Below, piece by piece: positions 45,220 to 54,700 of a stretch of DNA of 64,000 bases; the stretch's first letter is position 1; the number at the start of each line of letters is the position of its first letter. The stretch spans positions 18,365-82,364 of the forward strand of contig JBEKNU010000002.1 of assembly GCA_049522495.1 (NCBI GenBank), written 5' to 3'. The notes below the pieces were generated by a model. The model saw only the letters and a list, made by a program, of their open reading frames with translations, ran no database searches and was not told the DNA's origin. The translations under genes were made by a program, and so were the position numbers. The DNA is from Terriglobia bacterium (lineage in GTDB: Bacteria; Acidobacteriota; Terriglobia; UBA7540).

Positions 45220-48200
45220 GTGGCGAGTATAACCACCCGTGGTGTTCTTCCGACAAGCCAGGTCTGCATAATGCTCACAAGAGTACCGAGTTCCGATAGT
45301 CGTGCCGTCCGCTCTTGCCCCCCGTCATCCGACAAGGAAGTTGCGACCATCCGGGAACTGATTGACCATATGGCCCGGACGCAGCCGGAGGCTTCCTTTC
45401 TCATCAGCCCTGAAACCGGACGAGTATTGACATTCCAGGGTTTACAAGAGCAGTCGAGGTTTCTCTCCACCCAACTTCGGGAGGCAGGATTAGAGCGTGG
45501 CGACAAGGTTGCCTTCTTGCTGGAGAACGGGTTGTTTACCGCACAGTTGTTCTTGGGAGCAATGTACGGAGGGTTCGTATCGGTGCCGTTGAATGTTCGC
45601 GCCGGCGTGTCCCAACTGTCCTACATGCTGGACCACTGTGACGCCAAAGTGGTTTTCGTCGCCGACGAGTACGCGACGATGATGGCCGAGGTGATGGCCC
45701 AGGTGCGGCGGACCGTACAGGCGATTCCCGCCGACATTGATGGCTTCCCTGCGGCGGGCGAAACACCTCCTTCGGCCACATCGCTGCCGGTCCCTGGGCC
45801 AGAGGACCAAGCGCTCCTGATGTACACCTCCGGCAGCACGGGTCATCCGAAAGCGGCAGTGCATTCCCATCGCACGGTGCTCTCCTTCGCCGCCAATAGC
45901 GTCCGTTCACACCAACTCGCCGGCGCGGACCGCTCCCTTTTGATGCTGCCGCTGTACCACATCAACGCGTCGTGCGTCACCCTGGTTCCCACGCTCATGA
46001 CTGGTGGATGCGTCGTCGTGCCCCATCGCTTCAGTGTCAGCCAGTTCTGGGACTGGCTGGACGAACACCGCTGTACGTGGTCGGCCGTGGTGCCGACGAT
46101 CATCGCTCAGCTTCTCGAGTGGGAAGATCCCCGTGCGGATAAGCGTCAAGCCGCCTTCCAGCGGATCCGGTTCGTACGTTCTTCTTCGGCGCCGCTGGCG
46201 CCGTCCCTGCACCGCGAGTTCCTTGATAAATTCCCTTTGTTGCTGATCCAGGCCATGGGCTCGAGCGAAGCGGGCAATGTTTTTTCCAATCCACTACCCC
46301 CAGGCAAGAACAAGATTGGATCGCCCGGCTTACCCTGGGGCTTCGAGGTCAAGATCGTTGATCGGGAGGGGGTTGAACTGGCAGCAGGAGAGCCCGGCGA
46401 AATCGTGCTTCGCGGTCCCGCCGTCATGCAGGGTTACTACAAGGAGCCGGAGGCGACGGCGGCGGTCCTTGACCCCGACGGCTGGCTGCACACCGGTGAC
46501 CTCGCGTATCGGGACGAAGACGGGTACTTCTTCGTGGTCGGCCGATCCAAGGAACTGATTATCAAAGGGGGAGTTAACATTGCTCCTCGGCAGATCGACG
46601 ACGTTCTGGAATCCCACCCGGCGGTGCGGGAAGCAGCCGCCGTAGGAGTTCCCGACCGTTACCTGGGTGAGGATCTCGTTGCTTTCGTGGTATTGCGCGC
46701 AGGAGTTGCCTGCGAGGAGAGGGAACTGCTCGCCTTTTGCGAAAGCCGATTGGGCCACTTTAAGACCCCAACACGGATCCACTTTGCCGACGACTTGCCC
46801 AAAGGCCCTTCCGGCAAAGTACAGCGGTTGCACTTGCGCGACGAGGCGGCACAGCTTGCCACGGGCAGCTCCGGTTCCTCTCGAGGCGAACTGGCGATAG
46901 CACTGGGCACTGGCCAGGTTGCACACCCTGGATTGCCGGCTGCCGGGTCGTCCATCGAGCAAATCATCGCCGAAACCTGGACGGAAGTCCTTTCGAAAGC
47001 GCCCGTGGACGCTGAGAGCAATTTCTTCGCGTTAGGGGGACACTCGCTGCTCGCTATGCAATGCGTGTCGCGTCTTCGCGAGAGAATCCCCGTTGCCCTT
47101 TCGCTGTCGGATTTCTTCGAGAACGCTACGGTGGCGCAGCAGGCCGCGCTTGTCCGGCGGCGATTGCCCCGGGACGAAGGTCAAGCCCTTGCGGGTGGAT
47201 CGGCCGCGGCTCGCGAAGAAGCCTGGCAGCTAAAGGTCGCGTCGTCCGTCAGCCCGCTGGCCATCCCTCCGCGGGATCCGGCGCTCCCTTGCCCTCTCAG
47301 CACCGCGCAGCGTCGGTTGTGGTTTATCGAACAGTTGAATCCCGGGTTGCCGCTTTACAACGAAGCTGAGGGCGTGCGGTTGCTCGGCGAACTCAATACC
47401 GAGGCGATGGAACGAGCGCTGAACGTTATCGTCGCACGCCACGAGGTGCTGCGCACTACCATCCAGGTAACGGACAACGAACCCGTGATGGTAGTCCACG
47501 AGAGCTGGCCGCTTCAGCTTAAGAAGATCGACCTGAGCGCATTGACCCCCGCGGAGCGGCAGGCAGAAGTCGAGCGCTTGCTCATTGACGAGCCGCGGCG
47601 CCTGTATCATCTCGAAGCCGAACCGGGAATCCGTGCGACGTTGCTCCGTTTGGCCCCCCGGGAGCATATCTTCATTCTGATGATGCACCATATCTTTAGC
47701 GACCGGTCATCGCTAGGGATTTTGTTTCGGGAGATGGCAACACTGTACCGCGCCTTTTGCCGCGGCGAGTCGATTGCCTTGCCTCCTCTGCTGATCCAGT
47801 ACGGAGATTATGCGGTTTGGCAGCAACAGAGGATTACGGACGCGGCGTCAGCCGAAGACCTGTCCTTCTGGACGGAGAACCTGCGTGGGGCGCCTCAACT
47901 CCTGGAATTGCCCGCGGATCGGCCCCGCCCGCTCACGCTTTCCTACCGCGGCGTCAAACGGCGCTTCCGGCTTAACCCCGCCTTGACCAAAGCTCTACGC
48001 GATGCCAGCCAACGGGAAAAGGCAAGCTTGTTCACCCTGTTTACCGCGGCGCTCGACACCCTGCTCTATCGTTACACGGGACGGGAAGACATCCTGTTGG
48101 GAATTCCGATCGCCGACCGGGAACGGCCGGAACTGCAATCGGTGATCGGTTTTTTGGTCCACACCTGCGTCTTGCGAACCGGGCTTTCGGGAGACATGAC

Positions 48201-51200
48201 GTTTCGGGAGTTGCTCGCCCTCGTTCAGAAGGAAATGTTGGAGCTTTACCGTCATCGCGCCGTGCCATTTGACGAGGTTGTGCGAAAACTCCGGCCGGAG
48301 CGCAACCCAAGTTACTCCCCGCTGTTCCAAGTGATGATCAATTGGCGCGATCGCGGTCTGCAACTGTCGTTTATCGGGTTGGAAGGACTTGTGGTGGAGC
48401 CGCTTCTGGCCCAGAGCGAAACGGCGAAGCTCGATTTGCAACTGTTCATAACCGACGGCGGGGACGAATTCTGGTTGGAGATGGAATACAGCACTGACCT
48501 GTTCGACGAGGCGCGCATCTCGCGAATGATCGGGCACTATCAAACCCTGCTGGAATCGGTGGCCTCTGATCCCGGCCGGCGACTGGCGGAATTGCCTTTG
48601 TTGACAGCGGAGGAGCGGCGCCAACTCCTGGTGGAATGGAATAACACCAGGGTCGATTATCCCGCTGATGCGTGCGTTCACGAGCTATTTGAAAGGCAGG
48701 CGAAAAGGACACCTGAGGCGGTGGCGGTGGAGTTCAATGGCGAACGATTGACATATTCCGAGTTGAACAGGCGAAGCACGGAGTTTGCTCAACACCTGCA
48801 AGCGCGGGGAGTTGGCCCGGACGTCCTTGTCGCTGTCTATGTCGACCGCTCGTTGGAATTGGTGATCGCCTTACTGGGAATTCTCAAGGCCGGAGGCGCT
48901 TACCTGCCCGTTGACCTGGTTTTTCCGCAGGAGCGGGTGGCATTTATGCTGGGTGATGCACAACCCCGAGTTTTGGTTACGGTTACGAAACTTCTGGCGG
49001 AACTTCCGCGTAACCAATCGGAGGTAGTCTGCGTCAATGACTTTGCGGCCCTGAGTGAGGCGCCGATGGCTCGGCCCCCGGAGTCCCGCCATTTGGCGTA
49101 CGTGATTTACACTTCCGGTTCCACAGGAAAGCCCAAGGGGGTTGAAATTTGCCACCGGGCGGTGGTGAATTTCCTGAACTCCATGCGACAAGTGCCGGGG
49201 ATGGAGGCGCAGGATACGCTGTTGTCTGTCACTTCCCCGTCATTCGACATTTTTGGCCTGGAACTGTGGCTGCCACTCACCAGCGGAGCTAAGGTGGTGA
49301 TCGTGTCGCAGGACGTGGCAATGGATGGAAGCCAACTTGCCAAGGTCATGGCCGCGCGCGGTGTGACGGTGATGCAGGCCACGCCGTCAACCTGGCGGGT
49401 GTTGTTGGAGGCAGGATGGGAGGGCGACCTGAGTTTGAAGATTCTCTGCGGTGGTGAAGCGTGGCCGGAAGAACTCGCCGCGCAACTGCTGCCCAAGGGC
49501 CGCGCGCTATGGAATATGTACGGGCCCACGGAGACCACCCTCGGGTCGGCCGTATACCCGGTGGAGAAGGGGACGCCGATTTTGATTGGGGATCCGATTG
49601 CGAACACGCAATTTTACGTGGTCGATAGTGACCTGCAGCCAGTGCCGGTGGGAGTGCCCGGCGAGCTTTTGATCGGAGGTGATGGTCTGGCGCGAGGCTA
49701 CTTGCGGCGTCCCGAGTTGACGGCCGAAAAGTTCATTCCCGATCCCTTCAGCGCGAGCGCGGGTTCGCGACTGTATCGGACCGGTGACTTGGTGCGCTAC
49801 CTGCCGGACGGCAATCTTGAGTTCCTCGGCCGGCTGGATCAACAGGTGAAAATCCATGGCTTCCGTATCGAGTTGGGTGAAATCGAAGCCGCGCTGCGCC
49901 AACATCCGGCCGTGCAGCAAACCGTCGTGATCGCGCGAGAGGATACGCCGGGAGACAAACGCCTTGTCGCCTACGTGGTGGTGAATCCCGAGTACGAAAT
50001 CGGCTCAGACGAAGCCGAATCGCATTCGGAACACCTTGACGGCTGGCAGACGATGTGGGACGAGACCTACCAGCAGTCGGCGGAGATTCCCGATCACACG
50101 TTCAACATCGCAGGGTGGAATAGCAGTTATACCGGCGAGGCCATACCCGCCGAGCAAATGCGCACATGGGTTGACACCACCGTCGAACGGATCCTTGCCC
50201 TGCGGCCGCAGCGAGTGTGGGAAATCGGTTGCGGCACCGGTTTGCTGCTCCACCGCCTGGCTCCCCACTGTCTCCATTATTACGCGACGGATTTTTCCGC
50301 CACCGCGGTGAATACCCTGCAACGGCAGATTGCCGGATCGGCTGTGACGAATAAGGTGGTGCTGAAGCAAGCCCAGGCGCATGACTTTACCGGCATCGAA
50401 GCAGGGAGCTTCGATGTTGTCATCCTGAACTCCGTCGCACAGTACTTTCCTGACGTCAATTATCTGGTGCGGGTGTTGGAAGGCGCGGTGCGGGCCGTGA
50501 AGCCCGGGGGCGCAATTTTCCTGGGCGACATTCGCAGCGAGCCGCTCCTGAACGCGTTTCATGCGGCGGTCCAACTGGAGCAGGCGCCTGCCTCGCTGCC
50601 AGGCGCTGATCTGCGGCAAAGGATTCAAAGGGCTCTGAGCCAGGAAAGCGAATTGGCCATCAGCCCCGGCTTTTTCATCGCCTTGTGGAAGCACCTGCCG
50701 GCCATTACCCAGGTGGAGATTCAACTCAAGCGGGGCCGTCATCACAACGAGTTGAGCCTCTTTCGTTACGATGTGGTCCTGCGCGTGGGAGCGACGGTTA
50801 AATCCACGGAAAACCAGACTCGCTTCGACTGGCAACAACGCGGGTTTTCGGTGCCCGATCTGCGCCGGTATCTGGAGGAGGAGCGGCCCGCCGCGCTCAC
50901 CCTGACGGGAGTGCCCAACGCCCGGCTGCAGCGTGAATTCAAGCTGCTTGAAATCCTCGCCGGCGTGGAATGTCCAGCGACGGTAGGGGAGCTCCGCGGA
51001 GCCCTGAGAGCGGACAGCGCGCCCAACGCGATCGACCCGGAGGATCTCTGGACTTTAGGTGAGTCGCTGGGTTACACCGTTCAAGTCCGCTGGTCGGATG
51101 GCGGAGCAGCGGCTTCGTGCGATGCGGTATTCCTGCGACGCGAGAACGGCGCGGGGGATGGGGTGGACTCGGTGTTCCATTTCCCGGGCGAGCCGAGTGC

Positions 51201-51780
51201 CTCCCGGCCTTGGAGCGCGTACGCGAACAATCCGCTCCAGCGCGCCTTGATCAGTAACTTGACGCCGCGATTATCCTCGTACTTGCAAGAGAGCTTGCCG
51301 GACTACATGGTCCCCTCGGCCTTCGTGACGCTCGGAACCCTGCCGTTGACGCCCAACGGTAAAGTGGACCGACGCGCCCTGCCTCCCCCGGCCGCAGAGA
51401 GGCTTGCCGGGGCGATTTCCGCTGACCTTGTACCGCAGAATGAAACGGAACGGAAGATCGCAGCGATTTGGCAGGACGTCCTGGGGATTACCAGCGTCGG
51501 CAGAGAGGACAACTTTTTTGATCTGGGTGGTGATTCTTTCCGCTTAATAAGGGTTCGCAACCATTTGCAGCGGACCTTTGGCAAAGACATTCCCCTGGTC
51601 GATATGTTTCGGTGCACGACGGTTCGAGCCCTCGCGCAATACTTTGCAGGCCGACCGGCCGAGTTGACTGCGCCGGACCACACCCAGGAAGAGCTTGAGG
51701 CGCGAAGAGGCGCAAGCCGGCGTCATCGGCAATTGCGACGGCTTCTCGTGGATGAGTTGCGAGAGCATTTGAATGAGTAA
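45220..51780 (+). CDS. non-ribosomal peptide synthetase: CoA-ligase-like loading domain - CP - C - A(with embedded methyltransferase) - CP
   Basis: ORF track (start uncertain: GTG 45220 or ATG 45270). Loading domain: LMYTSGSTGHPKAAVHSH, HTGDLAYRDEDGYFFVVGRSKELIIKGG, PKGPSGKVQR. Carrier: FFALGGHSLLAMQ. C domain: MHHIFSDRSS (HHxxxD). A domain: YVIYTSGSTGKPKGV, NMYGPTETT, YRTGDLVRY, GRLDQQVKIHGFRIELGEIE. MT insert: VWEIGCGTGLLLHRL, FDVVILNSVAQYF. A10: PLTPNGKVDRRAL. Carrier: FFDLGGDSFRLIR. Confidence 0.9.
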   Translation: MASITTRGVLPTSQVCIMLTRVPSSDSRAVRSCPPSSDKEVATIRELIDHMARTQPEASFLISPETGRVLTFQGLQEQSRFLSTQLREAGLERGDKVAFLLENGLFTAQLFLGAMYGGFVSVPLNVRAGVSQLSYMLDHCDAKVVFVADEYATMMAEVMAQVRRTVQAIPADIDGFPAAGETPPSATSLPVPGPEDQALLMYTSGSTGHPKAAVHSHRTVLSFAANSVRSHQLAGADRSLLMLPLYHINASCVTLVPTLMTGGCVVVPHRFSVSQFWDWLDEHRCTWSAVVPTIIAQLLEWEDPRADKRQAAFQRIRFVRSSSAPLAPSLHREFLDKFPLLLIQAMGSSEAGNVFSNPLPPGKNKIGSPGLPWGFEVKIVDREGVELAAGEPGEIVLRGPAVMQGYYKEPEATAAVLDPDGWLHTGDLAYRDEDGYFFVVGRSKELIIKGGVNIAPRQIDDVLESHPAVREAAAVGVPDRYLGEDLVAFVVLRAGVACEERELLAFCESRLGHFKTPTRIHFADDLPKGPSGKVQRLHLRDEAAQLATGSSGSSRGELAIALGTGQVAHPGLPAAGSSIEQIIAETWTEVLSKAPVDAESNFFALGGHSLLAMQCVSRLRERIPVALSLSDFFENATVAQQAALVRRRLPRDEGQALAGGSAAAREEAWQLKVASSVSPLAIPPRDPALPCPLSTAQRRLWFIEQLNPGLPLYNEAEGVRLLGELNTEAMERALNVIVARHEVLRTTIQVTDNEPVMVVHESWPLQLKKIDLSALTPAERQAEVERLLIDEPRRLYHLEAEPGIRATLLRLAPREHIFILMMHHIFSDRSSLGILFREMATLYRAFCRGESIALPPLLIQYGDYAVWQQQRITDAASAEDLSFWTENLRGAPQLLELPADRPRPLTLSYRGVKRRFRLNPALTKALRDASQREKASLFTLFTAALDTLLYRYTGREDILLGIPIADRERPELQSVIGFLVHTCVLRTGLSGDMTFRELLALVQKEMLELYRHRAVPFDEVVRKLRPERNPSYSPLFQVMINWRDRGLQLSFIGLEGLVVEPLLAQSETAKLDLQLFITDGGDEFWLEMEYSTDLFDEARISRMIGHYQTLLESVASDPGRRLAELPLLTAEERRQLLVEWNNTRVDYPADACVHELFERQAKRTPEAVAVEFNGERLTYSELNRRSTEFAQHLQARGVGPDVLVAVYVDRSLELVIALLGILKAGGAYLPVDLVFPQERVAFMLGDAQPRVLVTVTKLLAELPRNQSEVVCVNDFAALSEAPMARPPESRHLAYVIYTSGSTGKPKGVEICHRAVVNFLNSMRQVPGMEAQDTLLSVTSPSFDIFGLELWLPLTSGAKVVIVSQDVAMDGSQLAKVMAARGVTVMQATPSTWRVLLEAGWEGDLSLKILCGGEAWPEELAAQLLPKGRALWNMYGPTETTLGSAVYPVEKGTPILIGDPIANTQFYVVDSDLQPVPVGVPGELLIGGDGLARGYLRRPELTAEKFIPDPFSASAGSRLYRTGDLVRYLPDGNLEFLGRLDQQVKIHGFRIELGEIEAALRQHPAVQQTVVIAREDTPGDKRLVAYVVVNPEYEIGSDEAESHSEHLDGWQTMWDETYQQSAEIPDHTFNIAGWNSSYTGEAIPAEQMRTWVDTTVERILALRPQRVWEIGCGTGLLLHRLAPHCLHYYATDFSATAVNTLQRQIAGSAVTNKVVLKQAQAHDFTGIEAGSFDVVILNSVAQYFPDVNYLVRVLEGAVRAVKPGGAIFLGDIRSEPLLNAFHAAVQLEQAPASLPGADLRQRIQRALSQESELAISPGFFIALWKHLPAITQVEIQLKRGRHHNELSLFRYDVVLRVGATVKSTENQTRFDWQQRGFSVPDLRRYLEEERPAALTLTGVPNARLQREFKLLEILAGVECPATVGELRGALRADSAPNAIDPEDLWTLGESLGYTVQVRWSDGGAAASCDAVFLRRENGAGDGVDSVFHFPGEPSASRPWSAYANNPLQRALISNLTPRLSSYLQESLPDYMVPSAFVTLGTLPLTPNGKVDRRALPPPAAERLAGAISADLVPQNETERKIAAIWQDVLGITSVGREDNFFDLGGDSFRLIRVRNHLQRTFGKDIPLVDMFRCTTVRALAQYFAGRPAELTAPDHTQEELEARRGASRRHRQLRRLLVDELREHLNE

Positions 51781-54700
51781 GCACCAGGAAGCTGACCAGC
51801 TCGATAGGATCGCTGTTATTGGCATGGCGGGACGTTTTCCGGATGCCCCCGACCTTGGGCAATTCTGGAAACACCTGTGCGCTGGTGTGGAGTCTGTAAC
51901 CACGTTGACGGATGAGCAACTCGCGTCCGCGGGTGTGGAACCTGAGGTGATCCGCGCGGCGAACTATGTGAAATCGAACGTGCTGTTGGAGGGCATCGAC
52001 CTCTTTGATGCCCGGTTTTTTGGCTTCACGCCTCGAGAGGCGGAGTTGACGGATCCTCAGCATCGGCTGTTCCTGGAGTGCGCTTGGGAGGCGCTGGAGG
52101 ACGCTGGCTACGATTCCGACAAGACTCGACTTCGGATTGGAGTGGTCGCTGGAGTTGGCACGAATTCCTACTTCGTATATAACCTGGCTTCAAATCCAGC
52201 CCTACTGAAGTCGCTGGACGAATTCATGAGGAGTATAGCGATTGAGAAGGATTTCCTTTCGACACGCATCTCCTACAAGCTAAACCTGCGGGGACCCAGC
52301 CTCACCGTGCAAACCGCCTGTTCCACCTCTTTGGTTGCGACCCACCTGGCCTGCCAGAGTCTGCTCAATGGAGAGTGTGACATGGCATTGGCGGGCGGTG
52401 TCTCAGTTCGGATTCCTCAGATTGCCGGCTACCTGCACGAACCAGGATCAGCGATGTCACCCGACGGTCACTGTTACGCTTTTGATGCCGCCGCTCAAGG
52501 AATGGTCAACGGCAGTGGAGCGGGCGTGGTTGTGCTCAAACGAATTGCCGATGCGCAGGCGGATGGCGACTCCATCCGCGCGGTCATTCGCGGCTCAGCG
52601 ATTAACAACGACGGTGCGGCAAAGATTGGCTATACGGCGCCTAGCGTGGAAGGGCAGGCGAGCGTGATTGCGGAGGCACAAGCCCTAGCCAGCGTGAGCG
52701 CTGATGAGATTAGTTATGTCGAGGCTCATGGCACGGCCACGGCCCTGGGGGACCCCATCGAGATTGCGGGCCTGACGAAAGCATTCCGCAGAACCAGCCA
52801 GAGGGACGGTTTCTGTGCGATCGGCTCGGTTAAGACCAACATTGGTCACCTTGGCGCCGCGGCAGGCGTTGCGAGTCTGATCAAGGTGGTGTTGGCTTTG
52901 CAGAACCGCAAGCTCCCCCCAAGCCTGAATTTCAAGCGGCCCAACCCCGCTATCGATTTCGTCCATAGCCCATTCTACGTGCAGCAAACACTGTCCGAGT
53001 GGCAGCCCGCGAATGGCCGGCGTGCGGCAGGCGTGAGTTCTTTTGGCCTCGGCGGGACGAATGCTCATGCCGTACTCGAAGAAGCGCCCGTCACCGACCC
53101 TTCCGGGCCATCCCGGCCCTGGCAGCTTCTTTTGCTGTCGGCTCACACAACTTCTGCTTTGGATAAGATGACGAGAAACCTCGGTGAGCACCTGAAGAAC
53201 AATCCTCTCTCCATCCTCGCCGATGTCGCCTATACGCTTCAGAGGGGCCGGAAGGCCTTTCCTCATCGCCGCATGTTGGTGTGCCAAAGCCTCGAGGACG
53301 CCGCCGCCGCACTGCAATCCCTGGACCCGGCACGAATATCATCACACCATCAAGAGCCGGCTCATCGAGATGTCGCCTTCATGTTTCCTGGCCAAGGCGC
53401 CCAGTACGCCAACATGAGCTTGGAGCTCTATCGGGCGGAATCGGAGTTTCAGGAACAGGTCGATCGTTGCTGCGAACTACTCAAGCCTCACCTTTCTTTT
53501 GATTTGCGGGCCATCCTGTATCCCGGGGATAAGGAGGTCGAGAGCGCTTCGCAGAAGCTGAAGCAGACACTGGTCGCTCAACCTGCTCTTTTCATAATCG
53601 AGTACGCCCTCGCAAAACTGCTCATGTCATGGGGCATAAAACCCGCCGCTTTGGTGGGCCATAGTATCGGCGAATATGTGGCGGCCTGTCTGGCCGGAGT
53701 GTTCTCCCTCGAAGACGCCCTGGCTCTCGTCGCTGCCCGAGGCCGACTCATGCAGGACCTCCCCCAAGGTTCCATGCTGGCCGTTTCTGTTTCGGAGGCA
53801 GAGATCGCGCCGCTTTTGAACGAAAGACTTTCCCTGGCCGCGGTCAACAGCCCTTCGCTGTGCGTCGTTTCGGGAGAAACGGAGGCAGTGAAGCATCTGG
53901 AGGAGGAGCTTTCGAAGAGGGGTGTGACCTGCCGCCACCTGCATACTTCTCATGCGTTTCATTCCAGGATGATGGATCCCATCCTGGGCAAGTTCACCCG
54001 AGAGGTAGAAAAAGCGGACCTTCATCCCCCGGAAATTCCGATTCTTTCCACGGTCACCGGCACCTGGACACATTCCGCGGAACTTGCCTCACCGGATTAT
54101 TGGGCCAGAAATCTGCGGCAGACCGTCCGCTTCTCCAAGTGCGTTCAAGAGTTGATGAAAGAGCCGGATAGAATCCTCCTGGAGGTCGGGCCGGGAAATG
54201 CCCTCGGGACGTTAGCCAGGCAGCATCCGGGTGGATCAGGCAAACGCATTGTGCTAACGACGATCCGCCACCCCCATGAGCAGACCTCGGATATTGCTTT
54301 CATCCTGAACACCCTCGGGCGACTCTGGCTTGCCAATGTTGAGGTAGACTGGTCCGGATTCTATAAGAAGGAACGCCGCCATCGAATTCCCTTACCGACC
54401 TATCCCTTTGAGCGACAGCGTTACTGGATTGAGCCATCGCAGGAGATGCCTGCCATGGGGGTGGCTCGAAGGTTGTCAGAGAAGAAGCCCGACATCGCGG
54501 AATGGTTTTATGTTCCATCATGGAAACGAGCGCAACTGCCCGACCATAGCAATGGCAGCGGACCCTCAACCCATAGTTTGTGCGCTTTGGTGTTCCTCGA
54601 CGAGGGCGGATTTGGCGCCAATCTCGTCAAGTTACTGCAGAATAGCGGGCAGCGCGTGACCGTTGTGAAAGCAGGAGCGAAGTTTAATCGAATCAGTGAC

